Source: Acidobacteriota bacterium | Lineage (GTDB): Bacteria; Acidobacteriota; UBA890; WLXD01 | Reading direction: 5' to 3' | NCBI GenBank assembly: GCA_963666215.2 | Contig: CAXWPL010000005.1 | Location: forward strand, 1,120,001-1,184,000 | Length of the DNA: 64,000 bases | Part shown: positions 1 through 9,720 of the stretch, piece after piece | Layout: the number at the start of each line of letters is the position of its first letter | How positions within the stretch are numbered: the stretch's first letter is position 1 | Program-made: the position numbers and the translations under genes | The notes under the pieces: model-generated | What the model was told of the DNA's origin: nothing | Database searches by the model: none | Seen by the model: only the letters and a program-made list of their open reading frames with translations

Positions 1-141
1 GAACGTGTCAGCTCCGACGAGTGCGGCCGAGATCAGCAGACCCAGCGAGGCCAGGCGCCCTATCGCGAGCCGAGACCGCGCGATCGGGCGGGCGGCGTGG
101 AGATCGGCAAGGCGGCGCGGCGCGGCGGAAGGACGGTCCAT
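1..141 (-). CDS. Possible 5' end of a secreted protein running off the left edge (partial)
   Basis: ATG at 141 opens MDRPSAAPRRLADLHAARPIARSRLAIGRLASLGLLISAALVGADTF with no stop before base 1. Basic then hydrophobic, signal-peptide-like. Confidence 0.3.
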   Translation of the reverse strand, partial: MDRPSAAPRRLADLHAARPIARSRLAIGRLASLGLLISAALVGADTF

Positions 142-311
142 TTCGACGACTCCGAGAGATTCTCGTTGCGGGGAGAGGGAAGCTCAGCCGAGCTCCGGGT
201 GTCGTTGGCCATCGACGGCCAAGCGCGGCCATGTAGAATAGCGCGCCGTTGCGGCCAATCTCGCAGGTCACACGAGATGTCGTGGCATGCGCAGCGCGAG
301 GAGGCTCACAG

Positions 312-869
312 ATGCACAACGAACCGCGGCGCGGGCGCCAGCTCGTCGACTGGAGCTCGGTTCTCTGGGCCGGGCTCGGCGCCGGCACGCTCTTCCTCTT
401 GCTGAACCTGTTCGTGACGCCGCGCTTCGCTGGCGGGAACGCCTGGACGATGTTGCGGATGCTGGCGTCGCTGGTTCTCGGCGAGGGCATCGTGGCGCCC
501 CCGGCGACCTTCAGCGCAGCGGCTCTCGGCGTGGGTCTGGCGGTCCACGCCACGCTGTCCCTGGCCTTCGCCGCGCTACTGGCGATTGTCCTGCACCGCT
601 GGGGCCTGGTTGTAGGTATCGCTGGCGGCGCGTTACTCGGTGTTGCGCTCTACGCGATCAACCTCTTCTCACTAACCCTTTGGGCTCCGTGGTTCTTCGC
701 GCTCCACAGCCCGGCCTTCCTGGTTAGCCACGCACTGTTCGGCGCCTCTGCGGGCGGCCTGTACGAGGCGCTCGAAGTGGAACTGTTCGCCAACGACGCC
801 GAGCCGGCAACCGAGCTCACCGCCGTCGCGACCCCCTCGCACTCCAGCGGAAGCGAGAGGAAGCCTTGA
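312..869 (+). CDS. Hypothetical multi-pass membrane protein
   Basis: GAGG before ATG 312; about 4 hydrophobic helices; followed after 7 bp by the M48 gene. Confidence 0.7.
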   Translation: MHNEPRRGRQLVDWSSVLWAGLGAGTLFLLLNLFVTPRFAGGNAWTMLRMLASLVLGEGIVAPPATFSAAALGVGLAVHATLSLAFAALLAIVLHRWGLVVGIAGGALLGVALYAINLFSLTLWAPWFFALHSPAFLVSHALFGASAGGLYEALEVELFANDAEPATELTAVATPSHSSGSERKP

Positions 870-876
870 GGAAACC

Positions 877-1782
877 ATGAGGCGCCGCGTCGTTGTCCGG
901 CGAGCCTACCCGCAGCGCTACGGGCCGCAGATGCAGGCCAGCGCTTTCGGCCGCCGGCCGCACCTGAGCGCGTTTCCACGGGTCGGCCGTAGCGGCGGTG
1001 GCGGCCGGCTGCTCATCGGGCTCGTCATGATGGGCTTCGCGCTTTTCTCCTACTTCGCCTCGAGTGAATACAACCCCGTCACCGGCGAGAATCAGTACAT
1101 CGGCCTGACAACCCACCAGGAGATCGCACTCGGGTTGCAGGCGGCGCCCGACATGATTCAGCGGCACGGCGGCCTGCACCCCGACGCGCAGGCGCAGGCG
1201 GTGGTCGACAGGTTGGGCGACGAGCTGGTGCGTGCCAGCGTCGCTAGCCAAACCGACTGGCAGTTCGACTTCCATCTGCTCGCCGACCGCGAAACGATCA
1301 ACGCCTTCGCGCTACCCGGCGGCCAGGTATTCATCACTTGGGCGCTGTATTCACGCTTCGAGACCGAAGGACAGCTCGCCGGCGTGCTCGGCCATGAGAT
1401 CGGGCACGTGGTGGCGCGGCATTCGGCGCAGCGCATTGCCAAGTCGCGCCTCACGCAAGGCTTGACCGGCGCTGTGGCTGTGGCCAGCGAAAGCGCAGGA
1501 TCGGCGCAGATCGCGGCGGTCCTCGGCCAGCTGCTGAACATGCGCTACGGACGTGAGGACGAGCTGCAGTCGGACGAGTTGGGCGTGCAGGTCATGGCCG
1601 ACGCGGGCTATGACCCGCGCTCGATGGTTGCGGTCATGGGCATCCTCGCCGAGGCCAGCGGCGGGGCTCGGGGACCCGAGTTCTTCAGCACCCATCCCAA
1701 TCCGGAGAATCGAATCGGCCGCATCGAGGCGACGATCTCCGAGCGCTTTCCCGCCGGCCTACCCGACGACCTCCGGCGGTAG
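877..1782 (+). CDS. M48 family zinc metalloprotease
   Basis: INAFALPGG, HEIGH (HExxH), downstream E..D in EDELQSD, STHP; N-terminal TM helix. Confidence 0.92.
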   Translation: MRRRVVVRRAYPQRYGPQMQASAFGRRPHLSAFPRVGRSGGGGRLLIGLVMMGFALFSYFASSEYNPVTGENQYIGLTTHQEIALGLQAAPDMIQRHGGLHPDAQAQAVVDRLGDELVRASVASQTDWQFDFHLLADRETINAFALPGGQVFITWALYSRFETEGQLAGVLGHEIGHVVARHSAQRIAKSRLTQGLTGAVAVASESAGSAQIAAVLGQLLNMRYGREDELQSDELGVQVMADAGYDPRSMVAVMGILAEASGGARGPEFFSTHPNPENRIGRIEATISERFPAGLPDDLRR

Positions 1783-2292
1783 TGGCACTGCCTCGCGGGC
1801 TCCACCTGTCATCGGTGCGCAATCCGTGGCTGCGGATCGCGATTGTTGCTGGGCTGCTGCTGGCCGGCTGGGTGGCCGAGGTCGGGCTGCCTGGCTTTCG
1901 AGGGGGCGCCGACGGTAACGGCGGAACTGGCGACACCAGCGAAGCCACGGCCGACAATACGACGATCGTCGAGGCGTACCGCTCCGGAACCTCGAATGTC
2001 GTTGTGGAGGGGGTCGGGACCGTCGAGCGGTTGTTGGGCGACGATGTGAGCGGCTCGCGGCTCGCGCCACCAGCGCTTTATCCTGCGGGTTGCGCCGGAC
2101 CACACCGTGCTCGTGAGTCACAACATCGATCTTGCCGAACGCGTTCAGGGCCTCGCCGCGGGTGATCGGGTGGAGTTCCGCGGTGAATACGAGTGGAACG
2201 ACCGCGGCGGCGTCGTTCATTGGACGCATCACGACCCGCAAGGAGCGCGACCCGGGGGCTGGCTGCGCCACCGGGGCCGGACCGTACGCTAG
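1782..2292 (+). pseudogene. DUF3465-type OB-fold protein, frameshifted
   Basis: Frame A ends ...RLLGDDVSGSR; frame B continues HQRFILRV...HNIDLA...GEYEWNDRGGVVHWTHHDPQG. A tandem CGGCTCG duplication at 2051-2064 shifts the frame. Confidence 0.8.
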
Positions 2293-2468
2293 CAGCCCGT
2301 GGTGGAAGTGTGGTGGGCCTGGCGACAGGGTCTTGCGAGGCGGAGGCGAGGATAGAGGAGGAAGCGATGCTCAAGGCATCGTTGACGACGAACGACGAAG
2401 CATACGACCGCGGGCCCCTGTCGGATCTTTGCATAGGGGGGTTACCGCCACACTTCCACCACGGGCTG
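2293..2468. mobile_element. 176-bp MITE / internally deleted IS
   Basis: 24-bp terminal inverted repeats (2293-2316 and 2445-2468, 23/24 match) flanked by CTAG on both sides (2289-2292, 2469-2472). Internal GAGGAGG + ATG at 2367. Confidence 0.85.
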
Positions 2469-2514
2469 CTAGAGAGCCGCGCCGCCGGAGTGCCCTACTG
2501 GCGAAGCGCCCGCA

Positions 2515-3468
2515 TCAGGCCGCGGCGAGATCTGCCGCCGCTGGGTCTGCTCGGCCGGCCTCCTCAGCCAAATCCCCGAAGTTGATCAGCTGTGCACCGC
2601 AACGCTCCAGCGCTCGATGAACCACCGGATCCGTGAGGGCCAGGAGCTCTTCGTTCCAGCGATAGCCCCAGTCGGCGAAGTCGGGGCGCGGCGGGCCGTC
2701 GCCGCGAGCCGGGTGCACCGACAGCTCGGTGACCCCCGGTCGCAGGCCCGCGATGCGCTCCACCAGGCCACCGGCGTCGATGTTGCCGGCGCCAACGTAA
2801 CCAACGAAACGATCGGGGAACAAGAATCCGCGCCGTTTCGCCACACGGGCGGCGCGCACGGCGCAGGTCCGCAATCCCAAGCCCGTGGCACGGCGCGCCC
2901 ATCCCGCGTGACCGACTGGGCGTTTCTCGAGTGGAATCCGCAGGCAACGCAGACTCTGGCGGCTCATCTCCTCGAGGACAATCTCGATCACACCCGGCAG
3001 CACGTGAACGTGGTCGTGCGAGTCGAGGTGAGTGAGCGTCAGTCCGAGCTCGGTGGCCCGCTGCAACTGCAGGCGAATCTCCGCTCTCAGCTCCTTGGCG
3101 TTGATGCGACCCGCCAGCCAGCGCAGCGCGAATCGTTGCCCATTGCGATGCATACGCGGTCGCAGCACGTCGACCAGGCGATCGCGAGAGCGGCTGTCGT
3201 CGGCGGAGTCGGTATCGAGCAGGCTTGAAACGGTGTCGGGATCCGACAGCGGAGGCTCGTCGACCAACGTCAGATGAAGGCCAACGCCAAGCTGGGGGCA
3301 GGCGCCCGCCGCGCGAACGGCAGCCTCGGCCGCCGGGCCCGCCACCGAAAGTGTGGTGCTTGTAAGGTAGCCGTGGGTGTGGGCCTCGAGAACGCCCTCG
3401 TTGATCGAGGCGGCGAGCCCGAAGTCGTCGCCGTTGATGATTGCGCGAATTCCGCGGTCGGTGGTCAT
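2515..3468 (-). CDS. ChbG/HpnK (YdjC) family carbohydrate deacetylase
   Basis: NGDDFG, GVGLHLTL, HLDSHDHVH, ELSVHP motifs. Confidence 0.9.
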   Translation of the reverse strand: MTTDRGIRAIINGDDFGLAASINEGVLEAHTHGYLTSTTLSVAGPAAEAAVRAAGACPQLGVGLHLTLVDEPPLSDPDTVSSLLDTDSADDSRSRDRLVDVLRPRMHRNGQRFALRWLAGRINAKELRAEIRLQLQRATELGLTLTHLDSHDHVHVLPGVIEIVLEEMSRQSLRCLRIPLEKRPVGHAGWARRATGLGLRTCAVRAARVAKRRGFLFPDRFVGYVGAGNIDAGGLVERIAGLRPGVTELSVHPARGDGPPRPDFADWGYRWNEELLALTDPVVHRALERCGAQLINFGDLAEEAGRADPAAADLAAA

Positions 3469-3626
3469 GCGCGCCGCCGGTACGGGGTCGCGAAGCGCAG
3501 CGGACCCGAACGAATCTCGACGGAGGCCGCCCCGAGGAAGTCGTGCGGCACGCCCAGGATCTCGCGCGACGCCTCGACCTCGCTGCAGATCGGCGCGATC
3601 ATCGAGGTCGACGTCTCGCTGCGCAT
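3465..3626 (-). CDS. Small ORF (53 aa) or 3' gene remnant coupled to the deacetylase
   Basis: GGAG before ATG; its stop overlaps the next start (ATGA). No family recognised. Confidence 0.3.
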   Translation of the reverse strand: MRSETSTSMIAPICSEVEASREILGVPHDFLGAASVEIRSGPLRFATPYRRRA

Positions 3627-3889
3627 TCCCACTCCATGAACAAACTGTCCGCAGGCCAAAAGAGCACCCATTCGGCGCTCGTTCTGGCCCCCAGCCTACC
3701 GCCGCAAGGGTGTGTATCCGGAGCCCAAAGTGCCCCCCCGGAACTCGATTTCGGCAGCCTCACGGGCCCGGCGAGCCCGCGCGCACGGTTTGCCACCCCG
3801 TGGCCCACGGGTTATGAATGCGCGGCGGCCGCGGGCTCGGTCGAACGCGATTTCCGAAACGTGATGGGTAGCGCAACGCTGGAGCGCGA

Positions 3890-5785
3890 GTGAGTCACAG
3901 CCCACAACACGGTGAGGCGGGGCGACGCGAAGATCTCGCGTTGGCGCTGGCCGCGCTGGGGGTAGTGTTTGGCGATATCGGCACGAGCCCGATCTACGCC
4001 ATCCGCGAGTCGTTCCATGCATCCTACGGCATCGCGGCCAGCGCCGAGAACATGCTCGGAGTGCTGTCGCTGATTTTCTGGTCGCTGATCATCGTCATCA
4101 CGATCAAGTACCTGGCGCTGGTGCTGCGCGCCGACAACCGCGGTGAGGGCGGCATCATTGCGCTCACGGCACTGGTCGCGCCGCCCAACGAGCACACCGG
4201 TGGCCGCCGCAGGGTGCTCGTGCTACTGGGTCTCTTCGGCGCCGCGCTGCTGTACGGCGATAGCATCATCACGCCCGCCATCTCGGTGTTGTCGGCCATC
4301 GAGGGGCTCGAGATCGCCACCCCGCTCTTTCAGCCGTACATCATCCCGATTACCGCCGGGATCCTGGTGGGGCTGTTCTCGATGCAGCGTCGAGGCACCG
4401 CCGGCATAGGCGCCATCTTCGGGCCCATCACGCTCGTGTGGTTCCTCACGCTGGCACTGCTGGGCACCATACAGCTGGTACAGAACCCTGGTGTTCTGGC
4501 CGCGCTCAATCCTCTGCAGGCGTACGACTTCTTTGCGCGCAACGAGATCCGAGGACTGCTCGTGCTCGGCTCCGTGTTCCTGGTGGTGACCGGCGGCGAA
4601 GCGCTGTACGCCGACATGGGACATTTCGGCACAAAACCGATCCGCATGACCTGGTTCGCAATCGTCTTACCGTCGTTGCTGCTCAACTACTTCGGCCAAG
4701 GAGCTCTCATCCTCCGCGACCCCGAGGCCATCGAGCACCCGTTCTTTCTGATGGCACCGAGCTGGGCACTTTACCCCCTGGTGGCGTTGACCACTTGCGC
4801 CACCGTGATCGCCTCGCAGGCGGTGATCTCGGGGGCCTTCTCGTTGACCCGCCAGGCGGTGCAGCTCGGTTACCTGCCTCGTTTGCGCATCGACCACAAG
4901 TCCGACAGACACGCCGGACAGATCTACATTCCGTCGGTCAACTGGGCGCTGATGATCGCCTGCATCGCGCTGGTGCTCGGCTTCCGCAACTCGAGCAATC
5001 TCGCCTCGGCCTACGGCGTGGCCGTGACCACCGACATGGTGTTCACGACGATTCTGTTTGCTGTGGTTGCCCGAAGCCGTTGGCGATGGGGATACTTGCT
5101 CCTGTTCATCGTCATCGTGCCTCTGTTCATCGTCGACGTCGCCTTCTGGAGCGCCAATATCCCGAAGATCCCCAGCGGTGGCTGGTTCCCGCTGCTGATC
5201 GCCGGTGTCATGTTCGTGTTGATGACCACCTGGAACCGTGGCCGCAAGATCCTTGGCCGACGGCTCAACGAACGCGTCGTGCCTCTGCGCCCGTTCCTCG
5301 AGGGTCTGGCCGCAGACCCACCGATCCGCGTACCCGGCACCGCGGTCTTCATGGCCTCGAGCGCCGACGGAACGCCGCACGCGCTGGTGCACAACGTGAA
5401 GCACAACAAGGTGCTTCACGAGCGCATCATCTTCCTCACGGTGGCTACCAGCGACGTGCCTCATGTTCATGAGCAGAATCGTGTCGAGGTACAGCCCGTC
5501 GGCGACGAAGGCTTCTACCGCATCGTGCTGCACTACGGCTTCGCGCAGGACCCCGATGTACCGAGTGCGCTGGCGTCGATCAACCTGAACGGATCCGCCG
5601 TCGACGTGGAGGAAACAACGTTCTTCCTCGGCCGCGAGAACCTGATCTCGACACCGGCCCGCGGCATGGCGACGTGGCGCGAAAAGCTGTTTGCTCGCAT
5701 GTCGCGCAACGCTCGCGGCGCCACGCTCTATTTCCGCATCCCGCCGCACCGCGTGGTCGAGCTCGGAACCCAGATCGAGCTCTAG
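3890..5785 (+). CDS. kup: KUP/HAK/KT potassium transporter
   Basis: GVVFGDIGTSPIY, ADNRGEGG, GGEALYADMGHFG, GQIYIP; about 12 TM helices. Confidence 0.96.
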   Translation: MSHSPQHGEAGRREDLALALAALGVVFGDIGTSPIYAIRESFHASYGIAASAENMLGVLSLIFWSLIIVITIKYLALVLRADNRGEGGIIALTALVAPPNEHTGGRRRVLVLLGLFGAALLYGDSIITPAISVLSAIEGLEIATPLFQPYIIPITAGILVGLFSMQRRGTAGIGAIFGPITLVWFLTLALLGTIQLVQNPGVLAALNPLQAYDFFARNEIRGLLVLGSVFLVVTGGEALYADMGHFGTKPIRMTWFAIVLPSLLLNYFGQGALILRDPEAIEHPFFLMAPSWALYPLVALTTCATVIASQAVISGAFSLTRQAVQLGYLPRLRIDHKSDRHAGQIYIPSVNWALMIACIALVLGFRNSSNLASAYGVAVTTDMVFTTILFAVVARSRWRWGYLLLFIVIVPLFIVDVAFWSANIPKIPSGGWFPLLIAGVMFVLMTTWNRGRKILGRRLNERVVPLRPFLEGLAADPPIRVPGTAVFMASSADGTPHALVHNVKHNKVLHERIIFLTVATSDVPHVHEQNRVEVQPVGDEGFYRIVLHYGFAQDPDVPSALASINLNGSAVDVEETTFFLGRENLISTPARGMATWREKLFARMSRNARGATLYFRIPPHRVVELGTQIEL

Positions 5786-5791
5786 CAAACG

Positions 5792-6214
5792 TCAGCTCGA
5801 CGTCGGAGTCCGCGGCAGCGGCGGCAACCGATCGTCGGGGTCGCGCCACCGAGCTCGAGTGAGGTAGTCGAGCGCCAGGCAAAAGCCGTAGCGCTGCCGC
5901 ATGGTCGCCGCGACAGCACCTATCAGCAGTGCAAACGCGCCGACAAGCAGAACCAAGTTGCTCGGGTAGAGCTCGAAGTACACGACCGCGATCACCGGCA
6001 GGATGAAAGCAGCGCGGTCGACGACCACGAGAAAAATCCAAGGGTCGCCCTGATTTCGCAGATAACGCAGCCCGCAGCTGGAACAGGTCTCGCGAACCTC
6101 GACCCAGCGCCTGGGCAGGAACAAGGACACGTGGCCGCAATGCGGACAACGGCCGGCGAGGCCACGGAGCAAAGCCGTGCTCACCGCCGTGCGGCGATCA
6201 GAGTCGGTTGCCAC
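5792..6214 (-). CDS. DUF983 family Zn-ribbon membrane protein
   Basis: RGLAGRCPHCG...CSSCGL followed by two TM helices. Confidence 0.75.
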   Translation of the reverse strand: MATDSDRRTAVSTALLRGLAGRCPHCGHVSLFLPRRWVEVRETCSSCGLRYLRNQGDPWIFLVVVDRAAFILPVIAVVYFELYPSNLVLLVGAFALLIGAVAATMRQRYGFCLALDYLTRARWRDPDDRLPPLPRTPTSS

Positions 6215-6226
6215 GGTAGGCTGCGG

Positions 6227-6346
6227 CTACAGCTCGGCGGTGGCCAGAAAGCGCGGCGGCTGTCGCAGCTGTGTGGCGCGCTCGAAAGGGTGCGCCAGAC
6301 GGACCAACTTCGGCTCGCTCCAGGCGCGACCGAACGCGACGCTCAC
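6227..6346 (-). pseudogene. C-terminal remnant of an amidase
   Basis: Reads VSVAFGRAWSEPKLVRLAHPFERATQLRQPPRFLATAEL*, resembling the amidase C-terminal GRAWSEPxLxxLAxxFExAT pattern. Confidence 0.6.
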
Positions 6347-7263
6347 CTACCGAGATCTTCGGGGGTTCCGAGAGGACGGGCAAAGACCTCCATGTGCCGG
6401 ACGCGCTCGTGCAGCTGACGGAACTCAGGAACGGTCAGGGCGCGCAGCGGGGGGCGCACGTCACCGCAGTCGACACCCACCAGCGACATGATCGCTTTGC
6501 CGGCTCGCAGCGTACCGAACTCGCGCATGATTCGGAACAGCTCGGTCGCCTGAGTCTGTGCATCGCGAGCCGCGGCCACGTCGCCGCGTTCGAACCGATC
6601 GAGCATCCTCCGATAAACTGGCGCCGCGTAGTTGAAGCTGGCTCCAACCGCGCAGGTGATTCCATGGGCGAGCCCCGACAGCATTCCTTCGTCGGCGCAC
6701 AGCACCCGAAATCGCGAAGCCAGCGGCAAGCACGACTGCAACGAGCGGGCGTCGGGATTCGCCAGAATGACGCCGGCAAGCGAGGGCACTCGCAGGCTCC
6801 CCCACTCGAGCAGATGGTCGGGCGCGATGTGCACGCTGTTGAAGGCCGGGGCGTCGTAGAAGTAGAAGGGAAGGCCGCCGGCGGCCTCGGCGATGGGCGC
6901 GAGGTACTCGATGAGATCCTCGACCGATCGCGGACCGTAGGCAATCGGAGCCATCGCCGCGACGGCAGCCACACCGGCGCGCTCGGCTTGTCGCGCCAGC
7001 TCAATCGCGTCGGCCAAACATTCGTGCCCGATGTGGGCGAACACGGGGAAGAGCCCCTCGCCGGCACCGGCCCACGTCTCGCAAAGTCCGCGCCGCTCGG
7101 CGATGGTCAGTGAATGCCCCTCGCCGGCGACTCCACCGACCATAACGCCGGAAACACCGCTCTCTCGATAGAGCTTCAACATTTCGGGAACGGCAAGAGC
7201 GTTGATGCGTCCGGTGGCGGCGAACGGCGTGTAGGCGGAGGCGATCAACCCTTCGAATGGCAT
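6343..7263 (-). CDS. DHDPS/N-acetylneuraminate lyase family protein, catalytic residues altered
   Basis: GLIASAYTPF, GEGHSLTIAER, LPFYFYDAP, GASFNYAAP, GVDCGDVRPP. GxxGE reads GVAGE and the Lys position reads Ile (AGVILANPD). Confidence 0.85.
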   Translation of the reverse strand: MPFEGLIASAYTPFAATGRINALAVPEMLKLYRESGVSGVMVGGVAGEGHSLTIAERRGLCETWAGAGEGLFPVFAHIGHECLADAIELARQAERAGVAAVAAMAPIAYGPRSVEDLIEYLAPIAEAAGGLPFYFYDAPAFNSVHIAPDHLLEWGSLRVPSLAGVILANPDARSLQSCLPLASRFRVLCADEGMLSGLAHGITCAVGASFNYAAPVYRRMLDRFERGDVAAARDAQTQATELFRIMREFGTLRAGKAIMSLVGVDCGDVRPPLRALTVPEFRQLHERVRHMEVFARPLGTPEDLGR

Positions 7264-9311
7264 CAGCGACCAGCCTCGTGGGCGCCCATGCCGGCTCCGG
7301 CGACCTCGGAGCTCCGGCTCGACGGCAGCAACAACTGGCGACCGGCTGCAAGTTGCTCGTCGAGCTCCTCGAGTCGAAAACGCACGCTCACGATGTACGG
7401 CTCCTCGCCGGCGGTCCAATGCCCGTAGCTGGTCGCGACGATCATGCCCCGGTCGGGCCCACCAGCCAACAACTCAACGCCCGGGTAGGCGGCGTCGGCA
7501 TCGACCAAGTTGTCCATCAACCGAACCCGGTACTCCCCCTCGCGGCCGGCGATGATGTCGTCGTAGTGGCCGACTCATCCCACCCAGTCACCCTTCGTCG
7601 GGCTGTCGCGTGTGGTGTCTCGAAAGGAAATGAATAGCCGCCCGTCGGGAGCGTACACCGCGGCATGGCGATCGCCGGTGAGCGCGGCCGGAAGCTCGCG
7701 AGGCGTGCTCCAAGTCTTCCCTTCATCGTCCGAAAAAATCACGAACGAGTTGCGCGTCCGCGAGTTCTCCCGCAGCAGCAGGGCCATCTGGGAGCCGTCG
7801 GGCGACCGCACCAGTCCCGGCTCGCACAGTTGGGCCGCTGCATGCGTTGCGATCACCTCGGGCTGTGACCAGCGCCTTCCGGCGTCGCTCGAGGTCGTCT
7901 GATACACCCAGAACTTGCGCTGACGCTCGCCGCCAGCACGGATGAACCGGCCGTCGTCATGAAAGAAGGCGGTCAACCGACCCGAGGAGTCCGATGCCGC
8001 CAGCGATGCCATGGCCACGATGCCGCCAAAATCACCGATGGGCTCGAGCTCGGACCAGGTGGCTCCCTCGTCGTCGGAGCGCGCCATGCGGATGGGATGC
8101 AACCCAGAGAACAACAGCAGCCGGTTGCGGCCACCGTTACCCGAGCGCCGCGGCACGCTGTAGATCGTCGGTGTTTCGCGCGACGTGGCAAAGCTCAGGG
8201 GCGTGGGCAATCGCTCCGACCACGTCGCGCCACCGTCGTCTGAGCGCTTCACGACAATGGCGCCGGTGCCGTGTCCCTTGGGGTAGACCGCAAGCATGGT
8301 GTGTCCGTCCGCCAAGAGCACCGTGTCTGGATGACCGAGGTACTGATTGGCCTCCCGATCGACGACGACCTGACGAGCGTGGTCACGCGCCAGGTCGACG
8401 ACAGGAATACCGAAGCCCGGCGTCATCCCCGAGCGTGCGGCGATGGTGCGCGAGATCCGAGCACGCTCGGCAGCCCGCAACACCGGATCGGCCAGAAGCT
8501 GCGCGATCAACGCATGCCCACGATCGCTCGGGTGCATGCCATCGGCCAGGAGCTCATCTGTGGAAGTCGGGCTGGGGCCGGTTCCTTCCGACGACTCATA
8601 CTCCACGAACGTCTGGAAAACGTCCACGAGCTCCACATCCTGGCGCGCCGCCACCTGACGCACGACCTCGGCGTAGTCACGTAGCACGACGTTGAGTCCC
8701 CACCGGTCGTCGAGATCGTAGGGCGGGAAGCGCCACTTGCGGCGCAGCTGCGGGGTCCAGAGCAACGGGTTCGGCGTCAGCAGAACCGGCTCGGCCCCCT
8801 GCGACCGGGCTATGCGGACGTAGTACTCGAGAAGCTCGGCGAACCGCGACTGGCTGACGAAAGGATCGGTGCGCCGCGCGCGACCATCGACCGCCGCGTC
8901 GTTGATGCCGAACTGAATGAGCACGATGTCGGGATCGCGATGCAGGACGTCGACATCGAATCTGCGACGAGCGGCCTCGAGGGTCTCACCCGGTCCCGCG
9001 GCATTGAAGGAGGTCGCTTCCACGCCCCGATCCCGCAGCAGCTCTGCCAGGCGCTCGTCGTAGGCGCGCTCGACGCCGTCGAGCGCCGCCACCGTGGAGT
9101 CGGCAAATGCCACCACGCGCAACGTCTCCTGTGCAGACAGGCGCGCCGCGGCGGCACTGGACGCGGGTGGAACCCCGGGAACCGCGAGCGCCAGCAGACC
9201 GACCACCAGACACCCCTTCGTGCCGACGACCTCGGCGATGTGGCGGGCGCCAGATCGCCGCGCAGTCGATAGCGCTGTCGATTGCGGAGATGGCGCCCAT
9301 CCCGAGGTCAT
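7263..9311 (-). pseudogene. SGNH/GDSL esterase fused to a BNR-repeat sialidase-like propeller, with in-frame TGA at 7575-7577
   Basis: FADS, FGIND and DGMHP SGNH blocks; Asp-boxes SDDGGATW, SDDEGATW, SDDEGKTW. The frame continues past the stop: DWVG*VGHYDDII...YPGVEL...SYGHW. Confidence 0.8.
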
Positions 9312-9718
9312 AGCGGCTCCGATTCGATCGTCACCGCATCGATCTCGATGGTCTTGCCGTCCGGCCCCACGGGCCCAAACCAGCGATCGACGCGGCCACG
9401 AGCGAATTTCCTCATCTTCGGAGTCACCATCGATGCCACCGCGGCGAGCGCCAGCACGAGAACACCGAGGTCGTCGGTAAATCCCGCCCCCGGGATCAGG
9501 TCCGGAATCGCGTCGATGGGCGAGATGAAGTAGCCGAGCGCGCCGACAATGGTCGTTTTGGCCCAGGCTGGGGTTTCCGGGTCCTTCAGCACGAGGTACA
9601 GCAGAAGCGCCTTCTCCACCACCTCCTTGCCGGCGGCGCGCGCATAGCGCGACATCTTGGCATTGAAGCTCTCGTCGTTGTACCTCGAGGCGTACTTCGC
9701 GCTGCTCCGGTCACTCAT
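9308..9718 (-). CDS. YkvA/DUF1232 family membrane protein
   Basis: GALGYFISPIDAIPDLIPGAGFTDD signature. Confidence 0.9.
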   Translation of the reverse strand: MSDRSSAKYASRYNDESFNAKMSRYARAAGKEVVEKALLLYLVLKDPETPAWAKTTIVGALGYFISPIDAIPDLIPGAGFTDDLGVLVLALAAVASMVTPKMRKFARGRVDRWFGPVGPDGKTIEIDAVTIESEPL

Positions 9719-9720
9719 CG

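Noticed and set aside
2367-2585. 72-aa ORF with a strong RBS
   Set aside because: It starts inside the MITE and reads through its right TIR into an antisense gene; better explained as a transposase-start remnant.
3640-3889. c-di-AMP (ydaO) riboswitch upstream of kup
   Set aside because: Hairpins are present but the conserved ydaO sequence blocks are not recognisable.
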